NCBI GenBank assembly: GCA_037447605.1
Contig: CM074811.1
Coordinates: 3,472,001 to 3,536,000, forward strand
Reading direction: 5' to 3'
DNA from: Zygnema circumcarinatum SAG 698-1b
Taxonomy: Eukaryota > Plantae > Zygnematophyceae
DNA length: 64,000 nt
Shown: positions 1-13,876 of the stretch, one piece after another
Layout: each line of letters begins with the position of its first letter
How positions within the stretch are numbered: position 1 is the first letter of the stretch
Notes under the pieces: generated by a model
The model's database searches: none
What the model was told of the DNA's origin: nothing
What the model saw: only the letters and a program-made list of their open reading frames with translations
Made by a program: the position numbers and the translations under genes

Positions 1-133
1 TTGCAATGGATGAGGGTTAACATTACCTCCTTCAGTTTCCAGTGCCCAGAAATAAAAAATAAAGAGGATAGGAGAATTGGCATTGATCTCACGATGGCGA
101 TGCCATCAAAAGTACAAAAACAAAACTTCTTAC

Positions 134-2196
<2,063 letters not shown>

Positions 2197-2239
2197 TGCA
2201 CTCTACCGCCTGGTTCAGCGTTGTGAGAGGGATTCTCTG

Positions 2240-2245
<6 letters not shown>

Positions 2246-2287
<42 letters not shown>

Positions 2288-2297
2288 NNNNNNNNNN

Positions 2298-2325
<28 letters not shown>
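2246..2325. repeat. (GA)n microsatellite spanning a 10-N gap, upstream of the 2OG oxygenase start
   Basis: GA run on both sides of N at 2288-2297. Confidence 0.9.
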
Positions 2326-2331
<6 letters not shown>

Positions 2332-3251
2332 GGGAGAGAGGGGGAGGGAAGAGGCGCCATTTTGGGGCTTTGAAACTTTCAAAATCAGAGGGACCCTCGG
2401 CCGTACGCCTCCCGATATTCGTATCGCCATATAGAGATGTATTGGGGCGTATCGATATTGCCATGCTTGTACGGCCCGTCTGATGATGGTCGGGCTAACC
2501 AACCGAGTCAGTCACCACTTTGGCACGTTGCAAGCCGAGTCACATGAGTCATTCGCATGACCTGGCCAAACCAGAACTTGAACAGATGGCTTGACTGCCT
2601 TGACCGACTGGACTGACTACCTTTCTCGATGCCATGAAATGTGCATGCGCAACAACAACAAACAACATGGGGAACCATGAGGAACCAACCGCTCGCAAAG
2701 GACCTAAGAACAAAATGGAAAAGGCTACGAGCGGGCATCTGCTTGTAAGAACAGTTGAAACAGTTCGCAATGAAGGACAAAATGGAGAGCCTCCAATGGG
2801 CTCGAACGTTTTCGAAGTGTCGCAAAGCGGCAAAACTTGAGCTGTATTGGCATGGCCTCGGCGCGGGGAGTTGCATGGCCATGCATGGCCGTGCATGCAT
2901 GTAGGAAGCGGCGGGGATGATGCAGGGTGCGGCCATGGAGACGCCGGCTCCTGCTGGCGGGGAGGAAGGCTGCAGGCTGCAGGCGGTTCGTGGATGCACG
3001 CGGAGGTGCGGCGGGCGCGAGAGAGGGAGGCAGGGGCGAGCGAATTCATACGCGGACCTCGCACTTTCGGAGCTTTACACTCTGCAGTAGTGGGAGTCCA
3101 CGGTCGAGGATGTCGATGTTAGAAGTCTGTGTTTGCAGTCTTCAAGAAGGTGTTTTTTTTCACGTAGACTACAAATGGGGCGTTGACGTTGTTGTGATAT
3201 TATCCTGCAATTTCTGCATGTGTGCACTCTCAGGCGGTGAGCGCGAGAGAT

Positions 3252-4811
3252 ATGGCGGTGTGCTTCAGAGAGGTGTTGGTCTGCATGGGCTTGTCAGTAG
3301 CTGCAAGCACAGCGATGGTGTTTGGCCAATACATCGTGGAGACATTTTGCTTCCACCTCTTCTCCTGGCTCGAGCAGAAAGGGTTCGTTCGTCGATTCAC
3401 ACCACATGTGCCCTTTATGGTGGGTGAAGTATGGCCTGTTGTTCCTTCCACCTTGAGAGGCGGTCGAATGTTGGATTAGACCGCAAGGACCTTGTAAGAA
3501 CATCGATGAGTAGCATACTATATGATTTGAATTGACCTGCTGTTGGAATCACAAAGCCGGGGGCAACTGCCCAGTGATTGTATAATATATATATACATAT
3601 ATATCCATTTGTAATCGGTTCGCAATCTGGCAGCGCCCGGAAATTCATGCTTTGAATATTGTATCCTGGAAAATAAAGCATTTATGATCCGCAACTAATC
3701 CTTTTGGGCGTGCTTTCTGCTTGGGCTGTACGCATGTAGCAGGAGAAGTAAAGCAGGGCCGAGGCTTACCGTTCCATTGAATTGCTCTTGCATACTTATC
3801 TTCGATAGTCAAGTAGGAGTGGTGTTTTGTGCTTGGAATTGTAAGGGAAGCTTGCCAAGACAGCTATTAGCCGTTTATATTCAACCCTAAAAAGTAAATG
3901 GCAGAGTGGTCTAGTGGGTGAGTGTTCTCCCGTGACTGGTCACGTTTCTGCTTTACTAATCCTTGTGTTCTGTTCGTTTCTGAGAGCAGTTCTGTCGATT
4001 GCAATGGAGAAACGTATGTGCCGTTGGGGGCTCGCATTTCCCCCTCTTTGTCCTCCTGTCAATTTACCGGCGGGGCTTTTTTGAGCGTGCAGCAATCAGT
4101 CTCAATGTATTCTCTGTATTAAAATTCACAGCAATGACCATGGTGCTTCACGACGCATGGTTTTTTTGGACCCACTCTGCCATGCATAGCTTTAAGACCC
4201 TGTACAACAGACTGCACCGCCTGCATCATCTATCAACTACCGACATCAGTACATTCTCGACATCTTATGCTGGTGAGCAAATCATCTTTTACTCTTGCTT
4301 GTGTCAATGTTTTCCTTCTTCACTTCTTCCTTCCTTCTCATGCTCCTTCTCTCTGTCTAATTCTTAAGTCGTCATACATTATGTGCTTAACGTGATGCCT
4401 TGATGACGGCATATCCAGCTGGGCAGCTAAACCGTTTTGAATTGAGCTTGTGATCTTTCAGACGCTTTTGAATTCCTCATCGACTGGTCTTCCTTTTACG
4501 GATCGCTGATCTTCGTTCTCTATCACCAGCCCTCTTGGAATCCCCTCTCACTCTTCCTCACTCTGCTGCCTGTAAGCCTTGTCAATGTCATGGGCCACTC
4601 AGGATATGACCTGCCGGCATGGATATACGGCCCATTCTCTTTCGGAATTTTGTTCCTCCCCTTCGCCCAGAGGGCAAAGGACCACTTCATTCACCACGTC
4701 GACCCTCGCTTCAACCGCTCCCTCTACTTCACTTGGTGGGATAGAGCGGTCGGCACTTACAGAGGCACGCACCGCATGGTCTCAGTTAATGAGCGCAATG
4801 AACGTTGTTAG
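3252..4811 (+). CDS. Sterol desaturase / fatty-acid hydroxylase superfamily membrane di-iron enzyme (about 266 aa)
   Basis: Exons 3252-3419, 3990-4272, 4462-4811 splice in frame. Three histidine boxes: HDAWFFWTHSAMH, HRLHH and GHSG...HFIHH followed by FNRSLYFTWWDRAVGTY. A short upstream exon near 3110 is possible, so the start is uncertain. Confidence 0.85.
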
Positions 4812-6155
4812 TTTGATAAGAAAACACTCGACTGGTAATAGCTTTTGTGAAAAAGGGTTAATCTATTTCGCAGATGGTTCATGGATTGAAGAAAAATATT
4901 AGGTTCTGATTCAGTTAGATCATCAGAAACAATTAGGCTAAAATTACCTAATGTGATGTTTTTTAGGAAGAAGTAACCGTATCTGCTGAGCTATTAGAAT
5001 AACAGATTCCCTGACTAGCCCACTACGTTTTTGATATCACATATATTCTAGCTAGCGGCACATTTGTCAGGCCAACTAGCGGACAACTAGCAACTGAGCT
5101 GTGCTTGAAACGTGATTCGATCTGTGAAGTTCTGTTCAAGGTAAGTGGAGGTGTGCATGTGCATGTTGTCACTCCACAAAACATGTACAAGTTGTACAGT
5201 GAAGGGTGCTGGAAAGGACCACTTGAACGCATTGTTAAACATGCAGCACTATGTATGGCCTTGTATGTACAGTACTTCTTGAAATGGCACTAACTCTACG
5301 GCAAACTGAGCACCTTAGTTTACGACGAAGATCGAGTGCATATAACGGCAAAGTACCAAGAAGCCTACTAAGTTTCAACCACATGCAACAGTTGTAGCCA
5401 AACGTATTATGTCCTTAACATTCTAGAAAACTGGTTGAAAGGACTTTAGTACCATAGAACCCCTCGCTTTGGTGGTGTTGCTTTCAATTTCAGTTTTGTA
5501 GCTCTGTGTGAAACGGGCGGCATGAGTACAAAGGGACCCACCCGTGTGAAGATTTGTTGAACACATCTTCAATCATCCCGATCGATGCTTCGATGAGTCG
5601 AGCCACATTGCGACTAAGCCATTTCCAAACAACCATGTAACTAATGGCTAACCAAAGGCTAGAGAAACTAGGAAAGTAGTCAACTGCGGACTACTGCTCT
5701 GACTAAAATAGAAATTTACAGCCCCAAAAAATTATGATAAAAAGGAAACATAGCGGAATAGTGACTGAGCTCAGTCCTTTCCATGACCAGACTTCAAACC
5801 AATACCAATTAAAGAATGACTATTTACTAACCTGTAACTAACTAACTAACTAACCATCCGCCAAGTTAGCTAGTCAGACGAGTGAGCGTTGTGTCCCCGC
5901 CTTTGCGCTGAACCCTCAAAACCCTTCGGACCAAGCTCAGCGCTTGGAGGCTTGATCCTACAACCCCGCATCCATCCCTTGAAGGGCGGAGGAAGCCATG
6001 GCCGCAGCGAGAGGGGGGCGCCTGCCGGCGCGAGCTCTCCGGTACGCCATGGCTGCCTATCTCCCCTTCTATGCCCTTCTATTGACCTTTTGGAGGCTCA
6101 TTTAGAGCACGTGTCAACCTGCATGACAAAGTCGTTACCGCCAAAGGAACAAGAG

Positions 6156-6310
<155 letters not shown>

Positions 6311-6929
6311 AGCAATGAGAGAGAGGGTGAGATTGAGTGTGAGAGTGAGAGTGAGAGACAGAGACAGAGACTTACTGCTACCGGGTGGAGTCCTTTTCCG
6401 TATGTTTGATTGGATTGAAGCCGTCAAAGTCACTTACTCAGTTTTTTGAAACGAAATGGTCAATTATCCAATATTATAAACAGAGATACAAAACATTACA
6501 TGACCTAACCTTTTTCGTGCGGAGCCAATATTTTACGACTCAATTTCGCTCATCGAACATGCCTGCAGGCCATAAATTTGACTCAAACTCCCACTTTAAC
6601 TCACATTTGAAGAACACTGTGAGCTGAACTGCATTTTCAACGCAAGAATCTGAGGTCGAGATGATTCTCGCTCTTCCTTTTCTTTAAAAAAACGGCTTCA
6701 CTTTAAATATTTTAATGACATGTGTGTCTTTTTTTTGTTTCCTTTATTCTACTTCAGGCAACTTTTACAACTTAGTTTTCGACAGCATCAACAGAACCCC
6801 CAACTTCCGTATCTTGCTGAACATTCAACTCTGAACTCTCCAGCCAACCTTTTCAACTCCTCAGACGCCCCACAAAATTCATCTTCAGGCTTATTTTTCT
6901 CGCCTCAAACTGCCGCAAGTTCTTCAAAG

Positions 6930-9117
6930 ATGGCGCTCCAAACCTCATCATCCGCACCATCACTACCAAGATTAGTTCATGGAACGAGGGAAGTCTCTAC
7001 GAGCTCAACGGTTCCATGGTTGCATGTCTCAGTCGGCTCTCCCGTTCGGAAGGACGGAATGGGGTTGCATGGAACTTTGCTTGCCGACAAGGCCTTTGGA
7101 GAAACAGGGTTTCGAGGTTCAGCGCGGTTTCTGAGCACAGGTGAGGAGAGCACGGCAGCTGGCGAAGTGGCCTTGGAAGAGATCGGCGGCGAGGCCGGCG
7201 ATGGATACCATTTCAATATGGGAAACGTTGATACTGGTGAGTTGCTCGAATTGGATCGAGGGAGGGATCCATTTCTTTGTTTATTTGTTATCTTTGAAAG
7301 GAAAGAAAAAGCCCTTACGATTATTTTTCTTATTTCGTCTCTCCATGAAAAAAACTCTATATTGACGAAATTTTATCGGTTCTTTGTTCCTTTTGTTTTC
7401 GTCCAATACGTGGCAGGTGTGTTGAACGACCTGTGGTCCTCCATGAGGCTGATTTATAGAGACGGAAAAAATGCGGCACGATGTCTGCAAGAGTGGGAGG
7501 ATCTTCCTGGGAACGCCCTTACAGCAGACCTGCTTCGAGCACTCGTGTTGAAGTATAAGAAGCAGAAGCAGTGGAGGCCAGCCTTTGAGGTGCGTTATCA
7601 CTGTGACAGAACTTATTTATTTAGCTTATAAAGAATTGGTGATCATTTTGGACCTACATCCGTGTCCAGTGTACGAAAAATGAGGCTAATAGTTTCTATT
7701 GAAATGCGGACGTTGGGATTTTTTGATCTGGTGGGAAACAGCTCGCAGAATTTATCGTTCGAAGTAAGGACAGGTTCGATGTAAATGTGAAGGACTACAG
7801 GGAGCTGATAGACATCAACTGCCGATGGGAGAGGGTCAGGAGAGCAGAAACCATGTTCCAAAACGTTGTTCCGCCCGAACATCGAACAGAAGAGGTGATA
7901 TTCAGACCTTCGAACTGGGGAAAATGATAATTTTTTTAGGCTCTAGAGTCATGGAATTACCTTTATCGATGTTTCCTTTATCGAAAACCCCACTACTACT
8001 TTGCCGCCTCAGGTCCATCGACTCTCTAGTTGCATAAGAATAGTCATTTTGCAATTCTCGTGCTTTGATTCTTTCCCAAACCAGCAATTGATCCTTGAAG
8101 GAAGGCGTTGTTGAACCTGAAAGTGTTTTAGAACTGAAAGCGTAGCATAGAAAAAGAATGAAAAGTATTTGGAGTATCAATATCGGAAAGGTGACTAAGC
8201 TTAGTCAAAGGTTTCCTTCGATAGGCTCCATTCTCTATTTTCTTTTTCTTTATTGCGATAAAGCACTTGAAAGCCCTTTTTCCTCTTCATCATTTAAAGA
8301 TTTTTCCTTTCTGTTATGCCCTGTATTGTAATTTTTTTTCAGGTCTACGCGGGAATTTTGATGTATTTTGCACGGAAAGGATATACTATTAAACTGGAGC
8401 AGCGCTTGGAAATGATGAAAAAAATGGGCGCAGAAGTGACGGCAAGATCTTTTAATGCTCTGCTCATGGCATACGCGAAAAAAAGAGATTTCAGCAAGAT
8501 GGAGGAGATTTTTAGGGAGATGAAAGAGCAGGTAAGAACGAGTCCATAATAATCATTTCTATATTTTCAATCGCGTCTTTGAAAATAGGGTTCGTTGGAA
8601 AAGAGAGAGTGAGAGAGAGAGCGCGCAGATTTCTTTTATCCGTTTTGTTTTCCGTTAGACCGTGGACTATGTAAAAGTTTTGGCATCTGGAAGCTGGATT
8701 CTCTGAGGAAGACAAGGCGTTCCATGTGCGAATGTTGGGAACGTGCAGTTCAGTACTTACAATTTCCGTTAACTGTGGGCATGTAGGGACACAAAACCAA
8801 CAACCAAACATACAACATTGTCATTCACGCGTTCGGAAAAGCGGGAAAATGGGATGAAATGTATGCAACCTTTGAGGAGATGAAAAGGGAAATAAAGCCG
8901 GATGAAGTGACATATAACTCCATGGCGTGGAATTTACTTGCTGCAAAAAGAAATGAGGAGGCGGAGAGAGTGGTAGAGGAGTGCCGAGCAGGGCCGGGAA
9001 TCTCTCTCTCTACTCTTGTGGGACTGATGTGGGGATATAGCCGGCAAGGAAACACGACAATGGTGGAAAAAGCGTTTCAGGAGGTGAAGGACATGGCGTT
9101 CCCACAAACAAGGTATG

Positions 9118-9193
<76 letters not shown>

Positions 9194-10300
9194 AAGAAAG
9201 AGAGGACTCGTCACTGTCTCTCATGCTCTCTCGCTCCCTGCCTCCCTCCATCTCTAGTTGCTCCTCCCTCCTCTCCTCTCCCCTCGATCTGACTCTGCTC
9301 TCCTCCTCTGTCACTACTCATGTTCGTGAGATATGAGAGGAGTGCTGATATTAATAGGGCAAAATGTTGTGTGTGTCTTTGGATGAATAGGCGGGTTTGG
9401 ATGGCGCGTATTTTTGCATATGGAGTAGCCGGAGAGCCTGACAGAGCGAGGGAGGTAGGTGTATTCCTCCATCTCCCCCCATCTCTCTCTCTCAATTCAG
9501 TCGAAGCCATCTTATCGCAGGCTGTAACACCCTCTCTTCCTCACTCTCTCTCTCCCACTCCCTCTCTCATTTTTTCGCAGGTTTTTGAGGAAATGGGTGC
9601 TGCTGGACTAACGCCGGTGGTAGCGACATACAACTGTCTGCTGTCCACGTACACTCGGAATGGAAAAATGGAAAAAGCGGCGGAAATCCTGAATCGCATT
9701 TACTCCGAAAATAAGCATCCAGACGCTGTGTCTCTGCAGTACATGATGAAGGGCTATATGGATGCGGGAGACTATGAGAAAGCGGCAGAGGTGTGGACTC
9801 GGTTAGTATCTGCAGATAAGAAGTGGCAACAAAGGCCTGCACATGCTGTGTTCATTGAGTTCCTTCAACATTTCGTGGAAAAAGCGGACGTGAAGACGGT
9901 GGGGACTTTGGTGGAGCAGGGGGCAAAGTTCTACCATTTGGGACAAGATGTTTGGGCCTCGTGGTTGAAGGCATATCTCAACTATAGGGAGAAGATGGAT
10001 AGGATGGAAGGGGGAGAGAGCCTTATGACTATGGAGGAATTTGATGAGCACATCGAGAAGATCTTGCAGGCGATGAGAATTAAAAAATTTAAGCCAAATG
10101 AGCAGGTGCTTGAGCTTATTACTGAGCTCGGGTTTTGGAAGAGAGCAAATGACATTGGGTTGATGGTGAAGAGGCCGCACTCCGAAGTTTGGCGATCTCC
10201 GGAAAGTGCGGCAGCGGGAGAGGAGGGGGAGGAGGGAGGGCAAGAGGGAGCGGAGTCGGTCGACGGGGTCAAAAGTGAAGCGGGAGTTTCGGGGCAATGA
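6930..10300 (+). CDS. P-class pentatricopeptide repeat protein with organellar targeting peptide (about 643 aa)
   Basis: Exons 6930-7236, 7417-7589, 7742-7894, 8343-8531, 8787-9112, 9391-9454, 9581-10300 total 1932 nt in frame. PPR motifs include SFNALLMAYAKKRDFSKMEEIFREMKEQG, TYNIVIHAFGKAGKWDEMYATFEEMKREIKPD and TYNCLLSTYTRNGKMEKAAEILNRI. Ser-rich N-terminus. RAETMFQNVVPPEHRTEEVY resembles the At1g02150/PPR596-like subgroup (low confidence). Confidence 0.9.
9121..9190. repeat. (GA)n microsatellite just inside PPR intron 5
   Basis: GA run starts 8 nt after the GT donor at 9113. Confidence 0.9.
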
Positions 10301-11058
10301 GTTGGGGGAGATGCTGAGCAGAAGTAGAAGCACAGATTGTGGGACCATTTAGGGTTGTCATAGAGAAAATAAGTTTTGAGGGTTTGCTCGGGGAAGTCGT
10401 TTGGTGGGTCCACTCCATCACCCACACCCATGTATGGTGTATGTCTACGACTAAAGATATGCTGAAAAAAAATGGCAAATTTTGGTCTGTTTTTGTCCAC
10501 TGTGCTTTCAAGGAGTGAGGCCTGGATGCATGCCGGCGATGTCATTTTTAGGGTTCCTCGTTTAGGGTTTGGCGTTTAAGGCTCCGTGCAGCCAACGTTG
10601 GATGTAAAACAGAGGAGACTTTTTTTTTTAATGTACGATAAGGCGTGGCGCCTTTCAGTGAAATTTGATTTGTTGATTCCCGATTTACCACCCATGACAT
10701 TTGAGAGTTGTATGGTACGGGTCGTAATTTCAATCGATCTCAAAGCACAGACTGTCATACGAGACATGAGGGTTCGCACTTGCGCGTGAACTGCGAAAAA
10801 TAAGTCGAGGGTTCAGCTAAAGGCTGAGGTCAGAATTAGGGCTGATATTAGAGATGAATGCAAATACATAGAAGAAACGAGTTTGGGTTCTGTCTGTGAT
10901 TGATGCTCACAACCGAAGGTAAGATAACTCAGAAGCTAGCTCAAATTTTTTAGGGTTGGCGCTGCAAAATTCAGGGGAGAGAGAGAATGAGAGAGAGAGA
11001 ACACTAGGGTTATTTTTACTGTTCGCTGAGTGGCGCAGTTCCTGCTCAGTTGCAGTTA

Positions 11059-11092
11059 AACGGGTCTGTTCGAGTTGCACCAAACGGAACGG
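11059..11092 (+). promoter_or_regulatory. Three AACGG (MSA core) motifs upstream of the Sororin-like gene
   Basis: AACGG at 11059, 11083 and 11088, 65-95 nt upstream of the ATG at 11156. Cores only; flanks do not fit the full MSA consensus. Confidence 0.3.
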
Positions 11093-11155
11093 CGGCGCTA
11101 CATGTTGGGGGCCGCGGCGCGGATTGCGGACGAGACGACGACGATGCCGGTCGCC

Positions 11156-12865
11156 ATGGCGGGGGGCGGGCGCGTCACGCGGCAGTCTGCCAAAACGCCA
11201 CGTGGCGCCCTGAAGGAGCGCACCAATGAGGCCGGAAAGGCGGAGAAGGAAGGATGGAGCAAGCGGCTGCGGAGAGGGGCTGCCACGTGGCTGCAGAAGA
11301 TTGCTCCGGCGGGGAGCTCTGTGGGGGTTCCTGGAGGGAAGGGGGGGGAGGAGGACGGGGCAGGAAAGAAGAGGAGAAGGGGAGGGAGTAGTGGGTTGGA
11401 GGGAGAGGGAGGGCGGAGTAGAAAGGGGAAGGCAGAGGGGAGGGAGGGAGGGAGGAATGGAGAGGGGGATGGAGGAGGGTCGAGCAGTGACGACCGTTTG
11501 TCGCCACAGGTGTGTCAGGGAGTGAGGGAGAAAGAGAGTGAGAGAGAGAGAGAGGCAACAGCTTCAATAGTGGGGTCAGGGTGTGGGTCGGGAATCGGAG
11601 GGGGATGGGCTGCAGAGGAAGCCGAAGAAATAGGGTTAGGGTTGGGGTTAGGGCGAAGCGCAGGGTCAGGATTAGGGTTAGGGTTAGAGGGGGAGGCAAC
11701 GGTAGAGGTAGGGCTGGAGGAGGAGCCGGAGCAGGAGAGAGGGGGAAAGGAAGAGGGAGAGATGGAGGCATCCAGATGTGATTCGACGCCAATGCCTTAT
11801 GGAAAGAGGAGGAGGAGTTTAGGGTATTTGGAAAGTAGAGAAAAGGGGAAGTTGCAGGCTGCAGGTGTGGCGGAGTGGGAGAAACGACGAAAGTCGGAAG
11901 GAGATGGGAGGAGAAAGGGAGGAGCTGTGGGAGAGGAAGGCAGTGAAATAAGAGTGTATTCAATAACGCGCGCAGGTAGAGCAGGTAGGAGAGATGGGGG
12001 GGAAGTCAGCTCTTCGGATCACCTTTTAAAGAGGTTGGTTTCATACTCTGCCGTATTCCTGAGTGCTTTGAAGTGGTCGCACATGATTTTCAACTCGGAA
12101 GGACTTCTCTTTCCATGTTTTTGTTTTTTAGTTGTATCTTGGATTTTTTTTTTTTTTGCTGAGAAATTGCCTTCACTTCTTGAAATCTTCCTCACAGCAT
12201 TGTCCGTGAATGTGGAGGGCCATGGCTTCCAGGGCAGAGGCGATGACGGTTTACAATGAACCTTTGATACGTTCTCCATCGCCTCCCCGAGCCATCTTCT
12301 CCAGAGGAACATCTTCGTCTGTTTCGACGAGAGAGGAGACACATCAGCCCACTTTGAGAAGGATGGACCACTCGACCAATGTGAGAGAGCCACTCCTTGA
12401 GCCAATGAATGAAAACAATCTAGTCAAGGTCACCGTGTGAAACTTCAGAGATGCAAAAGGTGACTGCAGGTTGTTTTTGTTAGTTTATGTTCATGAAGGA
12501 AACTTCAGAGCATGCATGGGACATGTATAGAATAGCATGGGCCTGCATATACACGCATGGAAGATGCATGGGACAACATGGGGCATACATAACGTGTGTA
12601 GGACATATTGGCCCATGTTTGGAGTGTCCCCTGAGCAACATTGACACGGGCGGAAGTTCGTCTGCAGACTGCGGGCAGCAGCGATCTCAGCAAAAGGACC
12701 GTGAAGGCGAAGGAGCTGCGCGAGCAGGCGGAGTTTGTTGAAAGGCAGCGCGCAATGTTTGCAGATGTGGATGCCTTCGAGCTCGAGGAAGAGGGAGAGT
12801 CGCCTCCAAGGGCGACTAGCGCCGACAGTTTGCGAGAAAAGGGCGATACAGAGATGAATGAATAA
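11156..12865 (+). CDS. Low-complexity protein with N-terminal D-box and C-terminal Sororin-like motif (putative cohesin regulator)
   Basis: Strong-context ATG at 11156 (cgccATGgc; alternative ATG at 11102). Long first exon to about 11976-11985, a probable middle exon at about 12233-12428 (boundaries uncertain), last exon 12668-12865. D-box RGALKERTN at 11201-11227; FVERQRAMFADVDAFELEEE at 12734-12793. Confidence 0.6.
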
Positions 12866-13240
12866 GGGAGTCAGTGCATTGTCCATTGTAAATAGCCGCG
12901 GTTTGTGGTTTCGACGGATTGTAGCGCTTAGGGTTTGCGTACTGTATAGGCATCGACGTGTACAAGCGTGCACGTTGCATAAGCAGGCTCATGCAATAAA
13001 AAAAAATGTATCGAATTAGCGGAGGTCTACGGATGCTGCCGCAATGGATGTGATGTTTTTTCAGACTTGACCGCGGAATTGCTGTGAACCAGCTCTCTAA
13101 GAAACTGATGCAGACAGTCCACGGCTGCTGAAGCTCCATACTTCATATGCGTTGATTTGGAGGGCAACATCGAGGAGCATATTATAAGTAGAAAAGGCAG
13201 TGAGTTCCCTATAAACGCACAGGGCAGCAAGAGGCTGCTT

Positions 13241-13392
13241 CCGTTGGATATGACGGGCCACAGACAGCCGTTGGATATGACGGGCCGCAGACAGCCGTTA
13301 GATATGACGGGCCACAGACAGCCGTTAGATATGACGGGCCATTGACAGCCGTTGGATATGACGGGCCCTCGACAGCCGTTGGATATGACGGG
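13241..13392. repeat. 27-bp tandem repeat, 6 copies (CAGCCGTTRGATATGACGGGCCACAGA-like)
   Basis: CCGTT cores at 13241, 13268, 13295, 13322, 13349 and 13376: exact 27-bp period, no unique spacers. Confidence 0.95.
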
Positions 13393-13876
13393 GTGACTGT
13401 GCCCCTTTCAATGCGCCCGTCGACATAGAAAGAAGCGTTACTGTAACTGGATTTATGGGGGAAATTCGACGACATGTGTACGATTTTGTAGGTCTACGTG
13501 GCGTCCTTGGTTCCACGTGGCAGCTCTTTTGCCCGCCACCGCGACACCTGGCGCTGCTTGGACCTTTCCACCTCAGCAATATCTGCACGCAAGATATTTT
13601 ATTTTTGAAATTTCTCCGGGCACTTGAACCTGCGCAAAAAAAAAAGAGACGAAAGGAGATTGAAACACCAGCGGTGGATTCAAAACTTTTTTGCGGCTGA
13701 AACGGACGCTGATTGGTCGGAACATTTTTTTTTAATGTTCGGCCCGTTAAACTTGGAAGAATAAAACTTGTAATCTTATTTTCAGTTTTGGGCATCCCTG
13801 ATTTACACTCCTTCCTTCCCCAGGCTTTCTCTGCTGCTGCTTCTGCAACTCCTCTTGGAAGACAGCGCCTGCAGCC

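Noticed and set aside
11986-12259. C-terminal hydrophobic part of ORF 11075-12259 as a transmembrane segment
   Set aside because: T-rich, intron-like sequence between GT donors (11977/11986) and AG acceptors; most likely intron read-through.
12487-12640. CATG/CATGCA-rich tracts (also near 2850-2900, 17030-17060, 57585-57615) as RY-element clusters
   Set aside because: Degenerate low-complexity sequence in introns or intergenic DNA with no consistent position relative to gene starts.
13241-13392. CRISPR-like array
   Set aside because: Units are contiguous with no unique spacers, there are no cas genes, and the context is eukaryotic.
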